From positions 1,810,489 through 1,874,488 of the forward strand of contig CP070774.1 of the NCBI GenBank assembly GCA_020346125.1: DNA of 64,000 nt, read 5' to 3'. Positions 47,198 through 61,000 of this stretch are shown piece after piece; position 1 is the stretch's first letter; each line of letters starts with the position of its first letter. The stretch is from Syntrophobacterales bacterium. GTDB taxonomy: Bacteria; Desulfobacterota; BSN033; WVXP01; G020346125. Below the pieces are notes generated by a model. The model did no database searches, had not been told where the DNA came from, and saw only the letters and a program-made list of their open reading frames with translations. The position numbers and the translations under genes are program-made.

Positions 47198-48172
47198 GTG
47201 GAGCATCAACGAAAGATCCTGGCGCTAACCTCCAGTAAAGGTGGCGTAGGAAAGACTCATGTCGCCGTCAGCTTGTCGGCAGCCATAGCGAAAAGAAACG
47301 CTCGTGTTCTTTTAATCGACGCAGATCTTGGCAATGGAACCGTTTCAGATCGAATCGGGTTTTATCCCAAGTTTAATCTTGCCCATTTTTTCCTGAAAGA
47401 GAAGGACTTAGGAGACCTGATTGAAGAAACCCCCTTTGGTTTTTTTCTGATCGGTGGGGAACGGGGGAATTTTGCCCTGGCCAATCTCAACTATCTGCAG
47501 AAGATGAAGTTTCTCAGGAGTTTTATTAAGGTCAGCAGGAATTTCGATTTTGTTGTGCTCGATTTGGCTTCAGGCATTAACCGTCAGGCGGTCGATTTTG
47601 CCCTGTTGGCGGAAAAAACGATCGTTGTGACATCGCCCAATGATCTGATCAGCGCCTATGGGTCGGTGCGAGCCTGTTTCTCCAGATTCAGGCAACTAGA
47701 GATTGGTCTTTCTAAGAGAATAGAGGGATATAAAGCCCGACGATTCTTTAGCCCCCTTGTCCTGATGAACAAAGTCGCAGATTTCAACCAGGGGAAAAGC
47801 TCCTTCGAGGCGCTTGAAAGTGCTGTGGAGAACAGGCTCAACGGTGCAATCAGTCCCTTCGGAATCAAGATGAATTACTTGGGGGCCGTCTTTCACGATC
47901 TTGAGCTGTTTAAAAAATCTGAGGAGAGACAGCGCCCAGTATCCGTGGTCTCGGTCTATTCAAAGGTGGCCTTCTGCATCGACTTAATAGCCAGTGCCAT
48001 TTGTAGCCCCTCTTCATTCGGGGGCTTCGATGGAGAGAAGCGCCTTCGTTATACAATTCATATTCTCATGGAACAGCAGGAGAGGCTGAGGAAAGTGCTG
48101 ACTCAAAAGGTCATGAAAATCTCTCCAGTAAGATTTCCTTTCCGCCAAAGAAATCAGTCGATTTCCCACTGA
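47198..48172 (+). CDS. Second MinD/ParA/FlhG-family P-loop ATPase (orphan)
   Basis: GTG start after AGGAGA. Deviant Walker A SSKGGVGKTH, then LLIDADLGNG and VVLDLASG. Confidence 0.8.
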   Translation: MEHQRKILALTSSKGGVGKTHVAVSLSAAIAKRNARVLLIDADLGNGTVSDRIGFYPKFNLAHFFLKEKDLGDLIEETPFGFFLIGGERGNFALANLNYLQKMKFLRSFIKVSRNFDFVVLDLASGINRQAVDFALLAEKTIVVTSPNDLISAYGSVRACFSRFRQLEIGLSKRIEGYKARRFFSPLVLMNKVADFNQGKSSFEALESAVENRLNGAISPFGIKMNYLGAVFHDLELFKKSEERQRPVSVVSVYSKVAFCIDLIASAICSPSSFGGFDGEKRLRYTIHILMEQQERLRKVLTQKVMKISPVRFPFRQRNQSISH

Positions 48173-48300
48173 AGAAGGACATCAATATAAACCGTGCTAA
48201 TGCTCCTTCCATTTTTCCGTATTCCGGGGGACCACCTATGGGAAGCGAATAGGTACGAAGGATCTCTTCTGCCATCTTTCCGTCCTCCCATTCTTTTCAA

Positions 48301-49908
48301 TCAGATCTCACTTTCAACCCTCAGCACCTTTTTCCTTCCCCGGAGCATGTCTAGGAGAAAGGAAATCTCGCTATTTCTCAGGAGATAAGAAACCGCGACG
48401 TAGGTGAACACCCCCGCCGCAATCCCCGCCGCCAAGAAGAAGATCTTCTCCCCCCAGTAACCGGGATTCACCCAGGCTGTCCTTCCTACCACCCAATAGG
48501 CAACCCATCCCATGGCGATACTGGCCACTGCCACCTGGATAAGGGATCTGAGGATCCTCGCCCAATCGATCTCCCCTATCCTCCTCTGCAGGCAGACGAG
48601 AAGGAGGGAGACGTTGATCATTGAAGCCAGGGAGTTGGCCAGGGCGAGCCCCGCGTGTTGCATGGGACCCATGAGGGCGAGGCTCAACCCCACATTGGCG
48701 AACAGGGACACCACCCCCATCTTCACGGGGATCCTGGTGTCCTGAATGGCATAGAAGGCCGGCGCGATAATTCTCACGCCCGCGATGGCCCATAACCCAA
48801 TTCCATAATAGAAAAGGGCCTGGGCGGTCATAAGGGTATCCCCATAATCGAAGGCCCCGTGCTGAAAGAGAAGATGGATGATGGGGATTCTCAATACAAT
48901 GAGGCCCACCATGGCTGGAATCGCCACAAAGAGTACCAGCCTTACCGAAAAACCGATGGTATCCCGAAATTCGTCCATCTTACCCTCGGAGACCAATTGC
49001 GAGAAACTGGGAAGGGCCGCCGTGCCCAAGGCGATGACGAAGATACCCAGGGGAAACTCGATCAAGCGATATGCGTAGTAGAGGTAGGATATGGATCCCT
49101 CCAGGAGGAAAGAGGCTAAAATTTGTCCTACGAAGACGTTGATCTGGGCAACGGCCACGCCGACCAATGCCGGACCCATCAATATACAGATCCGTTTGAT
49201 TGCCGGATGGAGGAAATGGAAGTTGAACCTGAACATCACTCCCTTTTTGATCATGAATGGGATCTGGAATGCGAGCTGGAATACGCCGCCAAAGAAGACC
49301 CCAATGGCCAGCGAGACGATGGGCTCGGTCAAGTGCCGGAAGAGAAAATAAGCGGAGGCGATCATGGAGAGGTTGAGCAGTGTGGGGGCCAAGGCAGGAG
49401 CGGCAAAATGGCGGTGGGTGTTCAGGATGCCCATTGCCAAGGCGACCAAACCGATGAAAAAGAGATAGGGAAAAACGATCCGGGTCATCGAGATCGTTAA
49501 CTCCACCTTTTTCGGATCTTCGAAACCCGGGGCCAACACCGCGATGATTTGGGGAGAGAAAACCATTCCCAAAACCGTCAATCCAATTAATACCGAGGAT
49601 GCCAGTGTAAAGGCAACATCGACGAGCTCCTGGGATTCCTCTTTGGTCCGGTGGACTAGGTAGTCGGTATAGACGGGAATGAAGGAAACGGTCATGGACC
49701 CCTCCCCGAAAAGCCTCCTCAGGGTATTGGGGATTCTGAAGGCGACGAAGAAGGCATCGGTGGCCATACCGGCCCCGAAGAAATAGGCGATTACCATGTC
49801 CCGGGCGTATCCCAGAATCCGACTGACAAGGGTGGCGGACCCCACAACCCCCGCTGCCCTAGCTATCTTATCGTGCTCCATTGTGCTCATGGAAGGGTAC
49901 CTTGACAT
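48301..49908 (-). CDS. murJ: Lipid II flippase MurJ (MviN)
   Basis: [24 protein letters not shown]...[14 protein letters not shown] and about 14 hydrophobic segments. The start may be a downstream ATG. Confidence 0.92.
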   Translation of the reverse strand: MSRYPSMSTMEHDKIARAAGVVGSATLVSRILGYARDMVIAYFFGAGMATDAFFVAFRIPNTLRRLFGEGSMTVSFIPVYTDYLVHRTKEESQELVDVAFTLASSVLIGLTVLGMVFSPQIIAVLAPGFEDPKKVELTISMTRIVFPYLFFIGLVALAMGILNTHRHFAAPALAPTLLNLSMIASAYFLFRHLTEPIVSLAIGVFFGGVFQLAFQIPFMIKKGVMFRFNFHFLHPAIKRICILMGPALVGVAVAQINVFVGQILASFLLEGSISYLYYAYRLIEFPLGIFVIALGTAALPSFSQLVSEGKMDEFRDTIGFSVRLVLFVAIPAMVGLIVLRIPIIHLLFQHGAFDYGDTLMTAQALFYYGIGLWAIAGVRIIAPAFYAIQDTRIPVKMGVVSLFANVGLSLALMGPMQHAGLALANSLASMINVSLLLVCLQRRIGEIDWARILRSLIQVAVASIAMGWVAYWVVGRTAWVNPGYWGEKIFFLAAGIAAGVFTYVAVSYLLRNSEISFLLDMLRGRKKVLRVESEI

Positions 49909-50004
49909 TCATTGAGTAAAGTGATTAAAATGAAATATATTATAATTTCTGACCGTATAACGGGTTATCGAAAACGGTTCCATTCCCCTGAGGGAGGTGA
50001 TGAT

Positions 50005-50277
50005 TTGGCTACCCATAAGTCAGCCCTTAAAAGGCAGAAGCAGAGTGAAAAGAGGAGCTTAAGGAACGTCCATATCCGTTCTACCTTGAAAACCCTGATC
50101 AAAAAGGTGAGGTTGGCGGTGGAGGCCAATGATATCGATAAGGCAAAAACCGCCTTAGCCGAGGCCATACCTGCTATCGATAAAGCCAAATCCCAGGGGG
50201 TGATTCACAGGAATACCGCATCCAGAAAAGTTTCCCGACTCACCAAACAGGTCAACTCCCTCCAATCCTCTCAGTGA
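50005..50277 (+). CDS. rpsT: 30S ribosomal protein S20
   Basis: TTG start at 50005 after GAGGGAGGTGA gives (M)[20 protein letters not shown]...[12 protein letters not shown], canonical S20. The upstream part of the track ORF is not S20-like. Confidence 0.9.
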   Translation: MATHKSALKRQKQSEKRSLRNVHIRSTLKTLIKKVRLAVEANDIDKAKTALAEAIPAIDKAKSQGVIHRNTASRKVSRLTKQVNSLQSSQ

Positions 50278-51260
50278 CATAAATCAACCACCATTTTCTC
50301 CAGAAGGAGCTCTTTCGATACGGTCGTCGTCTTCATGGCCAGGTCGGTCTGAAGAAATCGGCGAAATCCCTCCCGAAGGTCATCTTCGCTGAAATAGACG
50401 GTCTGTTCGAGGATGGACTCCAGATAAAAGTGGTGGAGCCTGAGCCTTCTTCCAAGCTCCTCCTTTGCGTGCCCCCTTGATACCAGGTACTTCGCCCTCC
50501 AAATCAAACGAAATTGGCGAGCGATCATGCCGAGGATCTTGAGATGGGCTTCTCCGGCCTGCAACATCCTTCTCAAAATCCGCAATGCTTCAAGGGAATT
50601 CCTCACTCCAATTGCATCGGTCAGTTCGAAGACCGTCCTCGTCTTGACCTCCGAAACCACCTCCTCTACATCCTCCAACTCAATGACGGTCTTCTCCCCC
50701 ACAAAGGCCACGGTCTTTTCAATCTCATTATGGAGGTCCCGAAGGCGGTTTCCCACCATATCCTTGAGATATTCCGCCGCTTCCCTGGTCATTCCCTTTC
50801 CAAATCCTTGGGCCTCCTTCTTGATCCAGCTGATCAATCTTCCAGCAAAAAATGGCTTAATCTGGATCACCGCTCCCGCCTTTCTTACCCTGGGGAAGAA
50901 TTGCCTCCATGGTCCGCTCGTATCCCCCCAAAGAACCATACAAGTGGAGGGAGAAGGATCACCTATATAGGCCAGGAGTTGGTCGATATCCGCACGGGAA
51001 AAGCGGTCCGCCTCCTTGATCAGAATAAACCGCCATGGGTTTAACATGGGTACGGTCCTCGCGACATCCACGATCCTGGATGCTGGAACCTCGTCAGCCG
51101 AATAGACATCCACATTAAACTCCTGGAGATTAGTTGGAATAATCTCTGTGCGAAGTCCCTCGATCCCCTTTTCGATAAGGTAGGGTTCATCCCCAAAAAG
51201 GTAAAGGACAAGGGGGATTGTCCCCTTCTTCAATTCCTTATCCAACGCGAAGAAATCCAC
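50271..51260 (-). CDS. holA: DNA polymerase III subunit delta
   Basis: [14 protein letters not shown]... at 329 aa. It sits in the conserved leuS-lptE-holA arrangement. Confidence 0.85.
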   Translation of the reverse strand: MDFFALDKELKKGTIPLVLYLFGDEPYLIEKGIEGLRTEIIPTNLQEFNVDVYSADEVPASRIVDVARTVPMLNPWRFILIKEADRFSRADIDQLLAYIGDPSPSTCMVLWGDTSGPWRQFFPRVRKAGAVIQIKPFFAGRLISWIKKEAQGFGKGMTREAAEYLKDMVGNRLRDLHNEIEKTVAFVGEKTVIELEDVEEVVSEVKTRTVFELTDAIGVRNSLEALRILRRMLQAGEAHLKILGMIARQFRLIWRAKYLVSRGHAKEELGRRLRLHHFYLESILEQTVYFSEDDLREGFRRFLQTDLAMKTTTVSKELLLEKMVVDLCH

Positions 51261-51305
51261 TATCTAACCCCGTGTTGGAGGCTTCCCCGATGAGCCAAAG
51301 GCCGA

Positions 51306-51830
51306 TTATAAACCTTCGAACAACCTCCGACGAATTCTCCCTGCCAGTTCTTCGGCGATCTTCTGGATAGCCCTTTCTTTTTCCGCCTCGGTGAGTAAGA
51401 CGTCCGAGGAAACCCTGTAGACATCCGATTCCAAAAGACCCCTCTTATTCCAAAGGATTTCTCCCTTTTTCTTCCCTTTCACTATTACGTCCAGGGCGAC
51501 CGATGTCCTATACTCCGACACCACTCCCGTCGGGTCATAGGCCACTGATGAAATGGCAAATGATGTAACTGTTCCCTCCATGATGGCATCGGCCTCGTCA
51601 ACGCCTACGACCTTTAGTCGCCTGTCCTTAATGAGCTCCCTCAAAATGGCATTGGTGACGATGGTCTCGATCCCCGCTTCATAAGTCTCATTGGTGAAGG
51701 TTGGAATGGCAATGGATCGAATGTCCGGGGATGGGCCGAACCCTTCTCCTCCAAACTGATACCCACAGCCCGTCCCCATTGAGAGAAAGAAGATGATGGA
51801 AAATAGGAAATGGACTTGGATTGGTTTCAT
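51306..51830 (-). CDS. lptE: LPS-assembly lipoprotein LptE
   Basis: The start at ATG 51830 gives MKPIQVHFLFSIIFFLSMGTGCGYQF with a lipobox Cys. It lies between leuS and holA. Confidence 0.8.
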   Translation of the reverse strand: MKPIQVHFLFSIIFFLSMGTGCGYQFGGEGFGPSPDIRSIAIPTFTNETYEAGIETIVTNAILRELIKDRRLKVVGVDEADAIMEGTVTSFAISSVAYDPTGVVSEYRTSVALDVIVKGKKKGEILWNKRGLLESDVYRVSSDVLLTEAEKERAIQKIAEELAGRIRRRLFEGL

Positions 51831-51882
51831 CACGGGAATGGTTGTGGAAAAAAACCCCCGAGATACATAAAAGTCAACTGGA

Positions 51883-54366
51883 TCAGGCGCAGACAATATT
51901 GATTAACTTTTTGGGAACGAGGATAACCCTCTGGACGGCCTTATCTTGGATCAGCCTTCGTACCTTCTCCCTCTCCAATGCTACCCCTTTGATTTCTTCA
52001 TCCCCCATCGAGGATGGAACAGTGATCCTATCCCGCAACTTGCCATTAACCTGGACCACTACAAGTATGTGCTCCTCAACGATGGCCTCCCGATCATAAT
52101 CGGGCCAGGGGGTCTTGATAATGCTCTCCCCCTTTCTCAGGGTTTCCCATAACTCCTCCGCGATATGAGGGACAAAAGGGGAAAGAAGGAGGGTTACCAT
52201 CTCAATTGCCTCCTTGAGTACCGAACGTTCCGTCGGGTCCCCGTTCTTTTTCGGCTTGAACAGATAAAGGGCATTGACCAGCTCCATAATCGCGCTGATG
52301 GCTGTGTTGAAATGGAACCGCTCGATATCTTCCCCTACTTTCTTGATGGTCTTATGGACCTTCTGACGCAGTACCTTCAGATCTCCGTCCAAGAGGGATT
52401 TACTTTCATATGGCTTGGCCTCCCTCACCCAATGGTGATTTTCGAAAATCAAGCGCCACACTCTATTGAGAAACCGAAATGATCCCTCCACGCCCTGATC
52501 GCTCCATTCGAGATCCCTCTCGGGCGGGGATGCAAAGAGGCAAAACATTCGGGCCGTGTCAGCACCGTATTTGGAGACCAGGTATTCTGGATCAACGATG
52601 TTCCCCCGTGATTTGGACATCTTCGCCCCATCCTTGATGACCATTCCCTGGGTTAATAGCCTCGTAAAGGGCTCCTTATCCCTCACCAAGCCCAATTCCC
52701 CGAGGACCCTCGCAAAGAAACGGGAATAGAGGAGATGCATAATAGCGTGCTCTATACCCCCGATATATTGATCAACGGGCATCCAGTAATCGACCTTCTC
52801 CTTGTCCAGGGGGCCCTGGTTGTACCGGGGCGATGCAAACCGATCAAAATACCAGGAGGACTCCACAAAGGTATCCATGGTATCGGTCTCCCTGCGAGCA
52901 TCTCCGCCACATTTGGGACATTGGGTCTCAACGAAATCCAGACATTCCGCCAAAGGAGATCCTCCCCCACTCTTAAATTCAACATCATGGGGCAAAGCGA
53001 CGGGAAGATCCCCTTCCGGGATGGGTTGCATTCCACACCGATGACAATAGATGATGGGGATGGGCGCCCCCCAATATCGTTGGCGGGAAATTCCCCAATC
53101 CCGGATACGATAATTGATACTCCTCTTCCCCAAAGCGTTCTTTTCCAGGTACTGGACGATTGCCTCGCGAGCCCCAACGCTATCCATCCCGCTGAACTGG
53201 CCTGATTTGACCAGTGTTCCCTCATCCACATAAGCCTCCGTCATTATCTCCTCACTCAACGATCTATCCGGTGGCTGGATTACGACGATCACGGGAAGTC
53301 CATATTGATTGGCGAATTCGAGATCCCTTTGGTCATGGGCGGGAACTGCCATGACCGCCCCCGTTCCATATTCCATGAGGACGAAATTGGCCGCGAAGAT
53401 CGGCATCCGCGCCCCCGTCATGGGATTGACACAGTTCGCACCGATAAACACCCCTTTCTTTTCCGTATCCTCCGCCGTTCTCCCGGCAATACTTTGCCTT
53501 TTCACCCTTTCCACGAACTCCCTTACTTCCCTCTCCTGGGATGTCCCCTTTGACAACTTCAATGTCAGGGGATGTTCCGGAGCCAAGGTCATAAAGGTAG
53601 CCCCGAAAACAGTATCTTGGCGGGTGGTGAAAACGGTTATCGATTCCTTTGAATTCTCCAGTGGAAATCGAATCTCTGCCCCCTCACTTTTTCCGATCCA
53701 ATTCCGCTGCATTCTCAACACTCGTTCAGGCCATCCCGGCAATTTATCACAATACTCCAGGAGTTCCTGGGCATAGTGGGTGATCTTGAGAAACCACTGG
53801 TCCAACTCCTTCTGGGTCACTTCCGACTCACACCGCCAGCAGAAACCCCCTTCAACCTGTTCATTGGCCAGCACTGTCTGACAGCTCGGGCACCAATTCA
53901 CCAGGGATCGCTTTTTGTAGGCCAGGCCCCTCTCGAGCATCTTTAGGAAAAACCACTGCTCCCATCTGTAGTATTCAACATCGCAGGTAGCAACCTCCCT
54001 CTCCCAGTCATAGCTGAAGCCCATCCTCTTGAGCTGGCGTCGCATCGTGTCGATATTTTCATAGGTCCATTTGGCGGGATGGACCCCGCTCTCTATGGCG
54101 GCGTTTTCAGCGGGCATGCCGAAGGCATCCCATCCCATTGGGTGAAGAACACTATACCCTTTCATCATCTTGTACCGGGCCACAACGTCTCCTATGGAGT
54201 AGTTCCGCATGTGCCCCATATGAATGGCCCCCGACGGATAGGGATACATCTCCAAGAGATAATATTTCTCCTTTGTTGGGTCTTCCTGGGCCCGGAACAG
54301 TCTCTTCTTCTCCCAATACCTCTGCCATTTCCCCTCGATGGCCTCTGGACGGTACCTCTCCTCCAT
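51883..54366 (-). CDS. leuS: Leucine--tRNA ligase
   Basis: [12 protein letters not shown] (HIGH) and KMSKSRGN (KMSKS). The start is set at ATG 54366 ([18 protein letters not shown]). Confidence 0.96.
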   Translation of the reverse strand: MEERYRPEAIEGKWQRYWEKKRLFRAQEDPTKEKYYLLEMYPYPSGAIHMGHMRNYSIGDVVARYKMMKGYSVLHPMGWDAFGMPAENAAIESGVHPAKWTYENIDTMRRQLKRMGFSYDWEREVATCDVEYYRWEQWFFLKMLERGLAYKKRSLVNWCPSCQTVLANEQVEGGFCWRCESEVTQKELDQWFLKITHYAQELLEYCDKLPGWPERVLRMQRNWIGKSEGAEIRFPLENSKESITVFTTRQDTVFGATFMTLAPEHPLTLKLSKGTSQEREVREFVERVKRQSIAGRTAEDTEKKGVFIGANCVNPMTGARMPIFAANFVLMEYGTGAVMAVPAHDQRDLEFANQYGLPVIVVIQPPDRSLSEEIMTEAYVDEGTLVKSGQFSGMDSVGAREAIVQYLEKNALGKRSINYRIRDWGISRQRYWGAPIPIIYCHRCGMQPIPEGDLPVALPHDVEFKSGGGSPLAECLDFVETQCPKCGGDARRETDTMDTFVESSWYFDRFASPRYNQGPLDKEKVDYWMPVDQYIGGIEHAIMHLLYSRFFARVLGELGLVRDKEPFTRLLTQGMVIKDGAKMSKSRGNIVDPEYLVSKYGADTARMFCLFASPPERDLEWSDQGVEGSFRFLNRVWRLIFENHHWVREAKPYESKSLLDGDLKVLRQKVHKTIKKVGEDIERFHFNTAISAIMELVNALYLFKPKKNGDPTERSVLKEAIEMVTLLLSPFVPHIAEELWETLRKGESIIKTPWPDYDREAIVEEHILVVVQVNGKLRDRITVPSSMGDEEIKGVALEREKVRRLIQDKAVQRVILVPKKLINIVCA

Positions 54367-54503
54367 TTTACCTCTGCAATCCCCTATCGATTGGAGTTCC
54401 CCAGGAACTATGAGTTGACACCGTTGTCCCTTCGCTTCAGCGTTTTTTTTGCCTGTTGCCCCTGAGCAAAACGGACACGAAAATCGCTTCACGAATCACG
54501 ACT

Positions 54504-55706
54504 TCACCTTCCCATCATCTTCCGTATCTTCAACCTCAAGGCATTCAGCCGGATGAATCCTCCCGCGTCCTTCTGGTCATAAACGGTGTCCTCTTCAAAG
54601 GTCGCGAATTCTCCGCTATAGAGGGATTTCTCCGATTTTCGTCCAACAACGATACAATTCCCCTTGTAGAGTTTCAAGCGAACAGTCCCTGTCACATCCT
54701 TCTGGGTTTCATCGACGGTCTTTCTCATGACCTCCATTTCAGGGGAAAACCAGTATCCGTAATATATCAACTCCGAAATTTTAGGAATCAGGGAATCCCT
54801 GAAGTGCATCACCTCCCGATCCATGGTGATGGATTCTATGGCCCGATGTCCTGTGTGGAGGATTGTTCCCCCGGGGGTTTCATACACTCCCCTTGATTTC
54901 ATCCCCACGTAACGATTTTCAACGATGTCCACCCGACCAATGCCATTTTCCCCCCCCATCTTATTCAGCGTGGCGAGCAGATTCGCAGGGGAATAACCTT
55001 TCCCATCTATTCCCTTTGGGATGCCGTCTTCGAAATCGATCTCGACATACCGCGGCTTGTCCGGGGCCCGCTCCGGTGAGACGGTCATGATGAACATCTC
55101 CTCCCTCGGTTCCGACCACGGATCCTCCAAGATTCCAGCTTCGAAACTTGCATGAAAGAGGTTCCTGTCGACGCTGTACGGTTTTTCCTGGGTAACCGGA
55201 ATCGGAATCCCATTCTCTTGGGCATAGCGGATGAGATCCTGACGGGATTTAAAATTCCAGAGCCTCCAAGGAGATATGATGGCGATATTGGAATTCAGGG
55301 CCATATAGGTAAGCTCGAACCTCACTTGATCATTCCCCTTTCCCGTCGCCCCATGCGAAACGGCATCGGCCCCTTCCCTTTCGACCACCTCAATCTGTTT
55401 TTTGGCAATGAGAGGCCTTGCGATTGAGGTACCCAGCAGATATCCACTTTCATAGATGGCATTGGCCTTCAAAGCAGTATAGATGAAGTCCCTTACGAAC
55501 TCCTCCCTTACATCTTCGACGTAGACCTTGCTTGCCCCCGTTGCAAGGGCCTTGGCTTCCACCCCTTCGATGTCGTCCCCTTGACCCAAGTCCGCAACGA
55601 AGGCGATGACCTCACAACCATATTCGTTCTGGAGCCATTTCAAGATGACCGATGTGTCTAATCCCCCGGAATATGCCAAAACGATCTTGTTTAGAGGAGA
55701 TGCCAT
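54504..55706 (-). CDS. argG: Argininosuccinate synthase
   Basis: [27 protein letters not shown] and GRVDIVENR. The start is at ATG 55706 after GGAGGGAAA. Confidence 0.96.
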   Translation of the reverse strand: MASPLNKIVLAYSGGLDTSVILKWLQNEYGCEVIAFVADLGQGDDIEGVEAKALATGASKVYVEDVREEFVRDFIYTALKANAIYESGYLLGTSIARPLIAKKQIEVVEREGADAVSHGATGKGNDQVRFELTYMALNSNIAIISPWRLWNFKSRQDLIRYAQENGIPIPVTQEKPYSVDRNLFHASFEAGILEDPWSEPREEMFIMTVSPERAPDKPRYVEIDFEDGIPKGIDGKGYSPANLLATLNKMGGENGIGRVDIVENRYVGMKSRGVYETPGGTILHTGHRAIESITMDREVMHFRDSLIPKISELIYYGYWFSPEMEVMRKTVDETQKDVTGTVRLKLYKGNCIVVGRKSEKSLYSGEFATFEEDTVYDQKDAGGFIRLNALRLKIRKMMGR

Positions 55707-55806
55707 TTTCCCTCCATACCACAGATCACATCCGCTATCCCTCTTTGGCCGCCGCACTGAGTCACTCGGAGATCCCGTTCCCCATGGGCTCTTGCGTTGA
55801 GGGTAT

Positions 55807-56718
55807 TTACCCCATCAACCACTCCAATATGGCCTTCTGGACGTGAAGGCGATTCTCCGTCTGATCCCAGACAATGCAGTGGTCTCCGTCCATCACCTCA
55901 TCGGTTATCTCCTCACCCCGATGAGCGGGCAGACAGTGCATGACTAAAACCCCAGTTTTACCCGCCTTGACTAACCGGGAGTTCACCTGATAATCCCTGA
56001 AATCCCGAAGGCGGTCGGCGTGTTCATCCTCCTTTCCCATGCTCGCCCACACATCGGTGTAGATGATATCCGCCCCTGAGACGGCCTCATAGGGATCATG
56101 GACGAGTTGGATCTTCCCTCTCGATTCCCTCCTCGCCCGCTCGAGGATCGATGGGTCTGGGCCGTACCCCTTTGGGCAAGCCAGGGAAAGCTGGAAAGCT
56201 AACTTGGCGGCACAATTGATCCAGGAGTGAGCCACGTTATTTCCATCCCCTACATAGGCCACCTTCACCCCCCGGTATCCACCCATCTTCTCCATAACGG
56301 TGAAGATGTCGGAGAGAACCTGACAGGGGTGGAGCAGATCGCTGAGCCCATTTATGACGGGAACGGTTGTATGCCTTGCCAATTCTTCTATTGCCTCGTG
56401 GGAGAAAGTCCTTGCCATTATCCCATCCATGTATCTGGAAAGGACACGTGCTGTATCGGCAATAGCTTCTCCACGACTCAGTTGAATATCCTTAAAGTCC
56501 AGGAATAGGGCGTACCCTCCCATCTGATACATCCCCACCTCGAAGGAGACTCGAGTTCGAGTGGATGCCTTCTCGAAAATCATCCCCAAGGTCTTCCCCT
56601 TAAGGGGGGTATGCCGAACCCCTTCCCTCTGTTGTGCCTTTAAGACGGCCGCCCTCCCCATCAAATAATCGATTTCATCTTGGTTCAGGGAGAAGATGCT
56701 CACCAAATCCCTCTTCAC
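55807..56718 (-). CDS. argF: Ornithine carbamoyltransferase
   Basis: [15 protein letters not shown] and [10 protein letters not shown]. Confidence 0.93.
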   Translation of the reverse strand: MKRDLVSIFSLNQDEIDYLMGRAAVLKAQQREGVRHTPLKGKTLGMIFEKASTRTRVSFEVGMYQMGGYALFLDFKDIQLSRGEAIADTARVLSRYMDGIMARTFSHEAIEELARHTTVPVINGLSDLLHPCQVLSDIFTVMEKMGGYRGVKVAYVGDGNNVAHSWINCAAKLAFQLSLACPKGYGPDPSILERARRESRGKIQLVHDPYEAVSGADIIYTDVWASMGKEDEHADRLRDFRDYQVNSRLVKAGKTGVLVMHCLPAHRGEEITDEVMDGDHCIVWDQTENRLHVQKAILEWLMG

Positions 56719-57926
56719 GACCCGGCCCCTTCCCCAATTTCTCCGAAAATCCCGTCCAGGACTCCGACGAGCTTATCCACCTCCTCAGGGGTTACAATCA
56801 ATGGGGGCAAGAACCTGAGGACATTGCCCATCGTGCAATTGATGAGGAATCCCTCTTCCATGCAACGGATCACGATTTGGCTCCCATCGAACTCCAGTTC
56901 CATCCCAATGATCAAGCCCCTTCCCCTCACCTCTTTAATGAAGGGGTACTTCCCCTTGAAATCCATGAGCCGACTGAAGAATTGATTTCCCACCCTTGTG
57001 CAGCTTTCCAAGATTCCATCCTCTAGCAAAGCCGATATGGCCGCCAGTCCCGCTGCCGTGGCTAAGGGATTACCCCCAAAAGTCGATGCGTGGGTCCCCG
57101 GGGAGAAGCTCTTGGCCACCTCCTCGGTAGCCACCATTGCCCCTATGGGAACACCCCCCGCCAATGACTTGGCCAAGGTCATGATATCGGGATATACTCC
57201 ATCGTGTTCATGGGCAAAGAGCCTTCCCGTCCTGCCCATGCCAACCTGGACCTCATCGAAGATCAAGAGTATCCCCCTCTCGTGGCAAAGCTCGCGGAGG
57301 TCCTGTAAATATCCATCGGAGGGGCAATGCACCCCACCCTCGCCCTGGATGGGCTCCACCATAATGGCACACGTATGCGGGGTTACTGCCCGGAGAAGCG
57401 TCTCCATATCGTTAAAAGGAACGTATTTGAAACCGGGAAGCAAAGGATCGAACCCCTTACGAAACTTATCCTGGCCCGTCGCACTAATGGTGGCCATGGT
57501 TCTCCCGTGGAAAGATCTCTCCATGGTAATGATCTCAAATCTTTCCCCTCGGCCGTTATCCTTTGCGTACTTCTTCGCCAATTTTATGGCGGCTTCATTT
57601 GCCTCCGCGCCGCTATTGCAGAAGAAGACCCTATCGCCAAAGGAGCCCTCGCAGAGCAGTTTGGCAAGCTCAATTTGAGGCTCAATGTGATAAAAGTTGG
57701 AGACATGGATCAACTTCCGTGATTGATCATGAATAGCCTGAACCACTTTTGGATGACAATGCCCGAGATTACATACTGCCAAACCAGCCACGAAATCGAG
57801 ATATTCCCTTCCATCGTTGCTCCAGACTTTACACCCTTGACCCCTGACCAATACAAGGGGATATCGGGAATACGTATTTGCGATATACCTCTGAGAATCG
57901 GCAATGAGCGTCTTCGTATCCGTCAT
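56715..57926 (-). CDS. argD: Acetylornithine aminotransferase
   Basis: Class III aminotransferase with CNSGAEANEAAIKLAKKY, IFDEVQVGMGRTG and the PLP-Lys region LAKSLAGG. It overlaps argF by 4 nt. Confidence 0.9.
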   Translation of the reverse strand: MTDTKTLIADSQRYIANTYSRYPLVLVRGQGCKVWSNDGREYLDFVAGLAVCNLGHCHPKVVQAIHDQSRKLIHVSNFYHIEPQIELAKLLCEGSFGDRVFFCNSGAEANEAAIKLAKKYAKDNGRGERFEIITMERSFHGRTMATISATGQDKFRKGFDPLLPGFKYVPFNDMETLLRAVTPHTCAIMVEPIQGEGGVHCPSDGYLQDLRELCHERGILLIFDEVQVGMGRTGRLFAHEHDGVYPDIMTLAKSLAGGVPIGAMVATEEVAKSFSPGTHASTFGGNPLATAAGLAAISALLEDGILESCTRVGNQFFSRLMDFKGKYPFIKEVRGRGLIIGMELEFDGSQIVIRCMEEGFLINCTMGNVLRFLPPLIVTPEEVDKLVGVLDGIFGEIGEGAGS

Positions 57927-58017
57927 CGAACTGGTTTCCCCATGTAGCGAAAAGCGGCAAAAAAGGAACGAATGAAGCCTACAATAAACATCCCCGTTTT
58001 CTTCACCTCATCTTTTC

Positions 58018-58980
<963 letters not shown>

Positions 58981-58987
58981 TTATCCT

Positions 58988-60358
58988 TCATAAGATATAA
59001 CGGCTCAAATCCTCGTCCTCGATGAGATCCCTCAGTTTATCCACCACATACGCGGAATCGATGGTGATCTTCTTCCCATGAGCCTCCGGCGCATCGAAGG
59101 AAATCTGCTCCAGGAGCTTCTCCATAATGGTATAGAGTCTTCTTGCGCCAATATTTTCGCTCCTCTCGTTGATGATTTGAGCTACCTCCGCGATCTCAGC
59201 TATGGCATCGTCGGTAAATATCAACTCCACCGATTCCGTTTTGAGCAGGGCGGTATATTGTTTTATCAGTGCATTTTGGGGCTCTTGGAGGATTCGAATG
59301 AAGTCCTCTTTCCCAAGGGAATTCAGCTCCACCCTGATGGGAAAACGCCCCTGGAGCTCCGGAATGAGGTCCGAGGGCTTCGAGACATGAAATGCACCGG
59401 CTGCAATAAAGAGGATATGGTCGGTCTTTACCATCCCATATTTCGTCGTCACCGTCGTTCCCTCGACAATGGGCAAAATATCCCTTTGGACGCCTTCCCT
59501 TGAGACATCGGGACCATGAAGGGATTCCCTTCCCGCGATTTTGTCGATCTCATCCAAGAAGATGATTCCCGATTGTTCGATCCTCTCTATCGCCAACCTT
59601 ACCACCTTATCCATATCAACCAATTTTTGAGCCTCCTCGTGGAAAAGGATGGTTAAGGCCTCCGGGATTTTTACCCTTCTCCTCTTTCTCTTCTGGGGAA
59701 AGAGATTCCCGAACATGTCCCTGAGGTTGATATCCATCTCTTCCATGCCCGAGGCGGAGAAGATCTCAACGATGGGGAGATTTCTGTCCGCGGTCTCGAT
59801 CTCGACATAACGGTCGTCCAGCCTTCCCTCATTCAATAACTGCCGCAGCTTTTCCCTGGTTGCACTCTGGGGGGGTGATCCTTCCTCGAGAGCTCTTATG
59901 GAACCAAGGCTGGGGTTTTCCTCCACTTTCTTCTCCGTTTTTGGCCTCGGCAACAGGAGATCCAACAACCTCTCCTCAGCCAACTCCCGGGCTTTCGTCT
60001 CGACCTTTTCAGTCTCCTCACCCTTGACCATATTTACCGCCTGGTCGGTCAGGTCCCTGATCATGGATTCCACATCCCTACCCACATAGCCCACCTCTGT
60101 GAATTTCGACGCCTCAATCTTCAGAAAAGGGGCTTGGGCAAGCCTGGCCAACCTCCTGGCAATCTCCGTCTTCCCCACCCCGGTGGGACCGATCATAATG
60201 ATGTTCTTCGGTGCAATCTCATCCCTCAGCTCCTCTGGGACCTGTTGTCGCCTCCACCTATTCCGAAGGGCAATGGCAACGGATCGTTTGGCCTCTTTTT
60301 GTCCCACGATATACTTGTCGAGTTCCGAAACGATCTCCCTCGGGGTAAAGGTTTGCAC
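58988..60358 (-). CDS. hslU: ATP-dependent protease ATPase subunit HslU
   Basis: [16 protein letters not shown], Walker [16 protein letters not shown] and [10 protein letters not shown]. Confidence 0.96.
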   Translation of the reverse strand: MQTFTPREIVSELDKYIVGQKEAKRSVAIALRNRWRRQQVPEELRDEIAPKNIIMIGPTGVGKTEIARRLARLAQAPFLKIEASKFTEVGYVGRDVESMIRDLTDQAVNMVKGEETEKVETKARELAEERLLDLLLPRPKTEKKVEENPSLGSIRALEEGSPPQSATREKLRQLLNEGRLDDRYVEIETADRNLPIVEIFSASGMEEMDINLRDMFGNLFPQKRKRRRVKIPEALTILFHEEAQKLVDMDKVVRLAIERIEQSGIIFLDEIDKIAGRESLHGPDVSREGVQRDILPIVEGTTVTTKYGMVKTDHILFIAAGAFHVSKPSDLIPELQGRFPIRVELNSLGKEDFIRILQEPQNALIKQYTALLKTESVELIFTDDAIAEIAEVAQIINERSENIGARRLYTIMEKLLEQISFDAPEAHGKKITIDSAYVVDKLRDLIEDEDLSRYIL

Positions 60359-60385
60359 CTCGTTAACCTCTTCAAAGGACTTGGC

Positions 60386-60910
60386 TTATAATTCCTCGAT
60401 GAAGATGTGGCTGTTGGTATAGATACAGATGGAGGCGGCGATCTTCATGGCCTCTTCCGCAATGGACTTGGCCTCCAACTCGGAATGATCGACCAATGCC
60501 TTGGCGGCCGCATGAGCATAAGGTCCCCCACTACCAATAGCCGTTACACCCTCGTCGGGTTCGATTACATCCCCAGTGCCCGATATGACTAAGGAACGAT
60601 CTTTGTCCGCAACGATGAGAAGTGCCTCCAACCTCCTCAATACCCTATCGGTTCGCCATTCCTTAGCCAGTTCAACGGCAGCCCTCATAAGATTGCCGTT
60701 GAACTGTTCCAATTTCGACTCAAATTTGCCGAATAACGTAAATGCGTCAGCGCTTGTCCCGGCAAATCCCGCCAATACCCTATCGCCATATATCTTTCTG
60801 ACCTTTCTCGCCGTGCGCTTCATAATCGTATTTTCAAAGGTGATCTGTCCATCGCCGGCCATGACCACATTGCCTTTGTGTCTGACGGAAAGTACAGTCG
60901 TTCCCCTCAC
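60386..60910 (-). CDS. hslV: ATP-dependent protease subunit HslV
   Basis: [22 protein letters not shown] with the catalytic Thr after Met removal. 174 aa. Confidence 0.96.
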   Translation of the reverse strand: MRGTTVLSVRHKGNVVMAGDGQITFENTIMKRTARKVRKIYGDRVLAGFAGTSADAFTLFGKFESKLEQFNGNLMRAAVELAKEWRTDRVLRRLEALLIVADKDRSLVISGTGDVIEPDEGVTAIGSGGPYAHAAAKALVDHSELEAKSIAEEAMKIAASICIYTNSHIFIEEL

Positions 60911-61000
60911 TGCTCGGCTCCTTGGAAGAAGCGATTCATAATCCGTTTACCATGTTGGATAAGTATTATTTCAAACCTTCGACTCACTCATAAGGGGAGA

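Noticed and set aside
46451-47238. Several 60-107-aa track ORFs on both strands between the membrane protein and the second ATPase
   Set aside because: They are fragments of the three reading frames of the decayed RAYT-like gene or its antisense. None is an intact gene.
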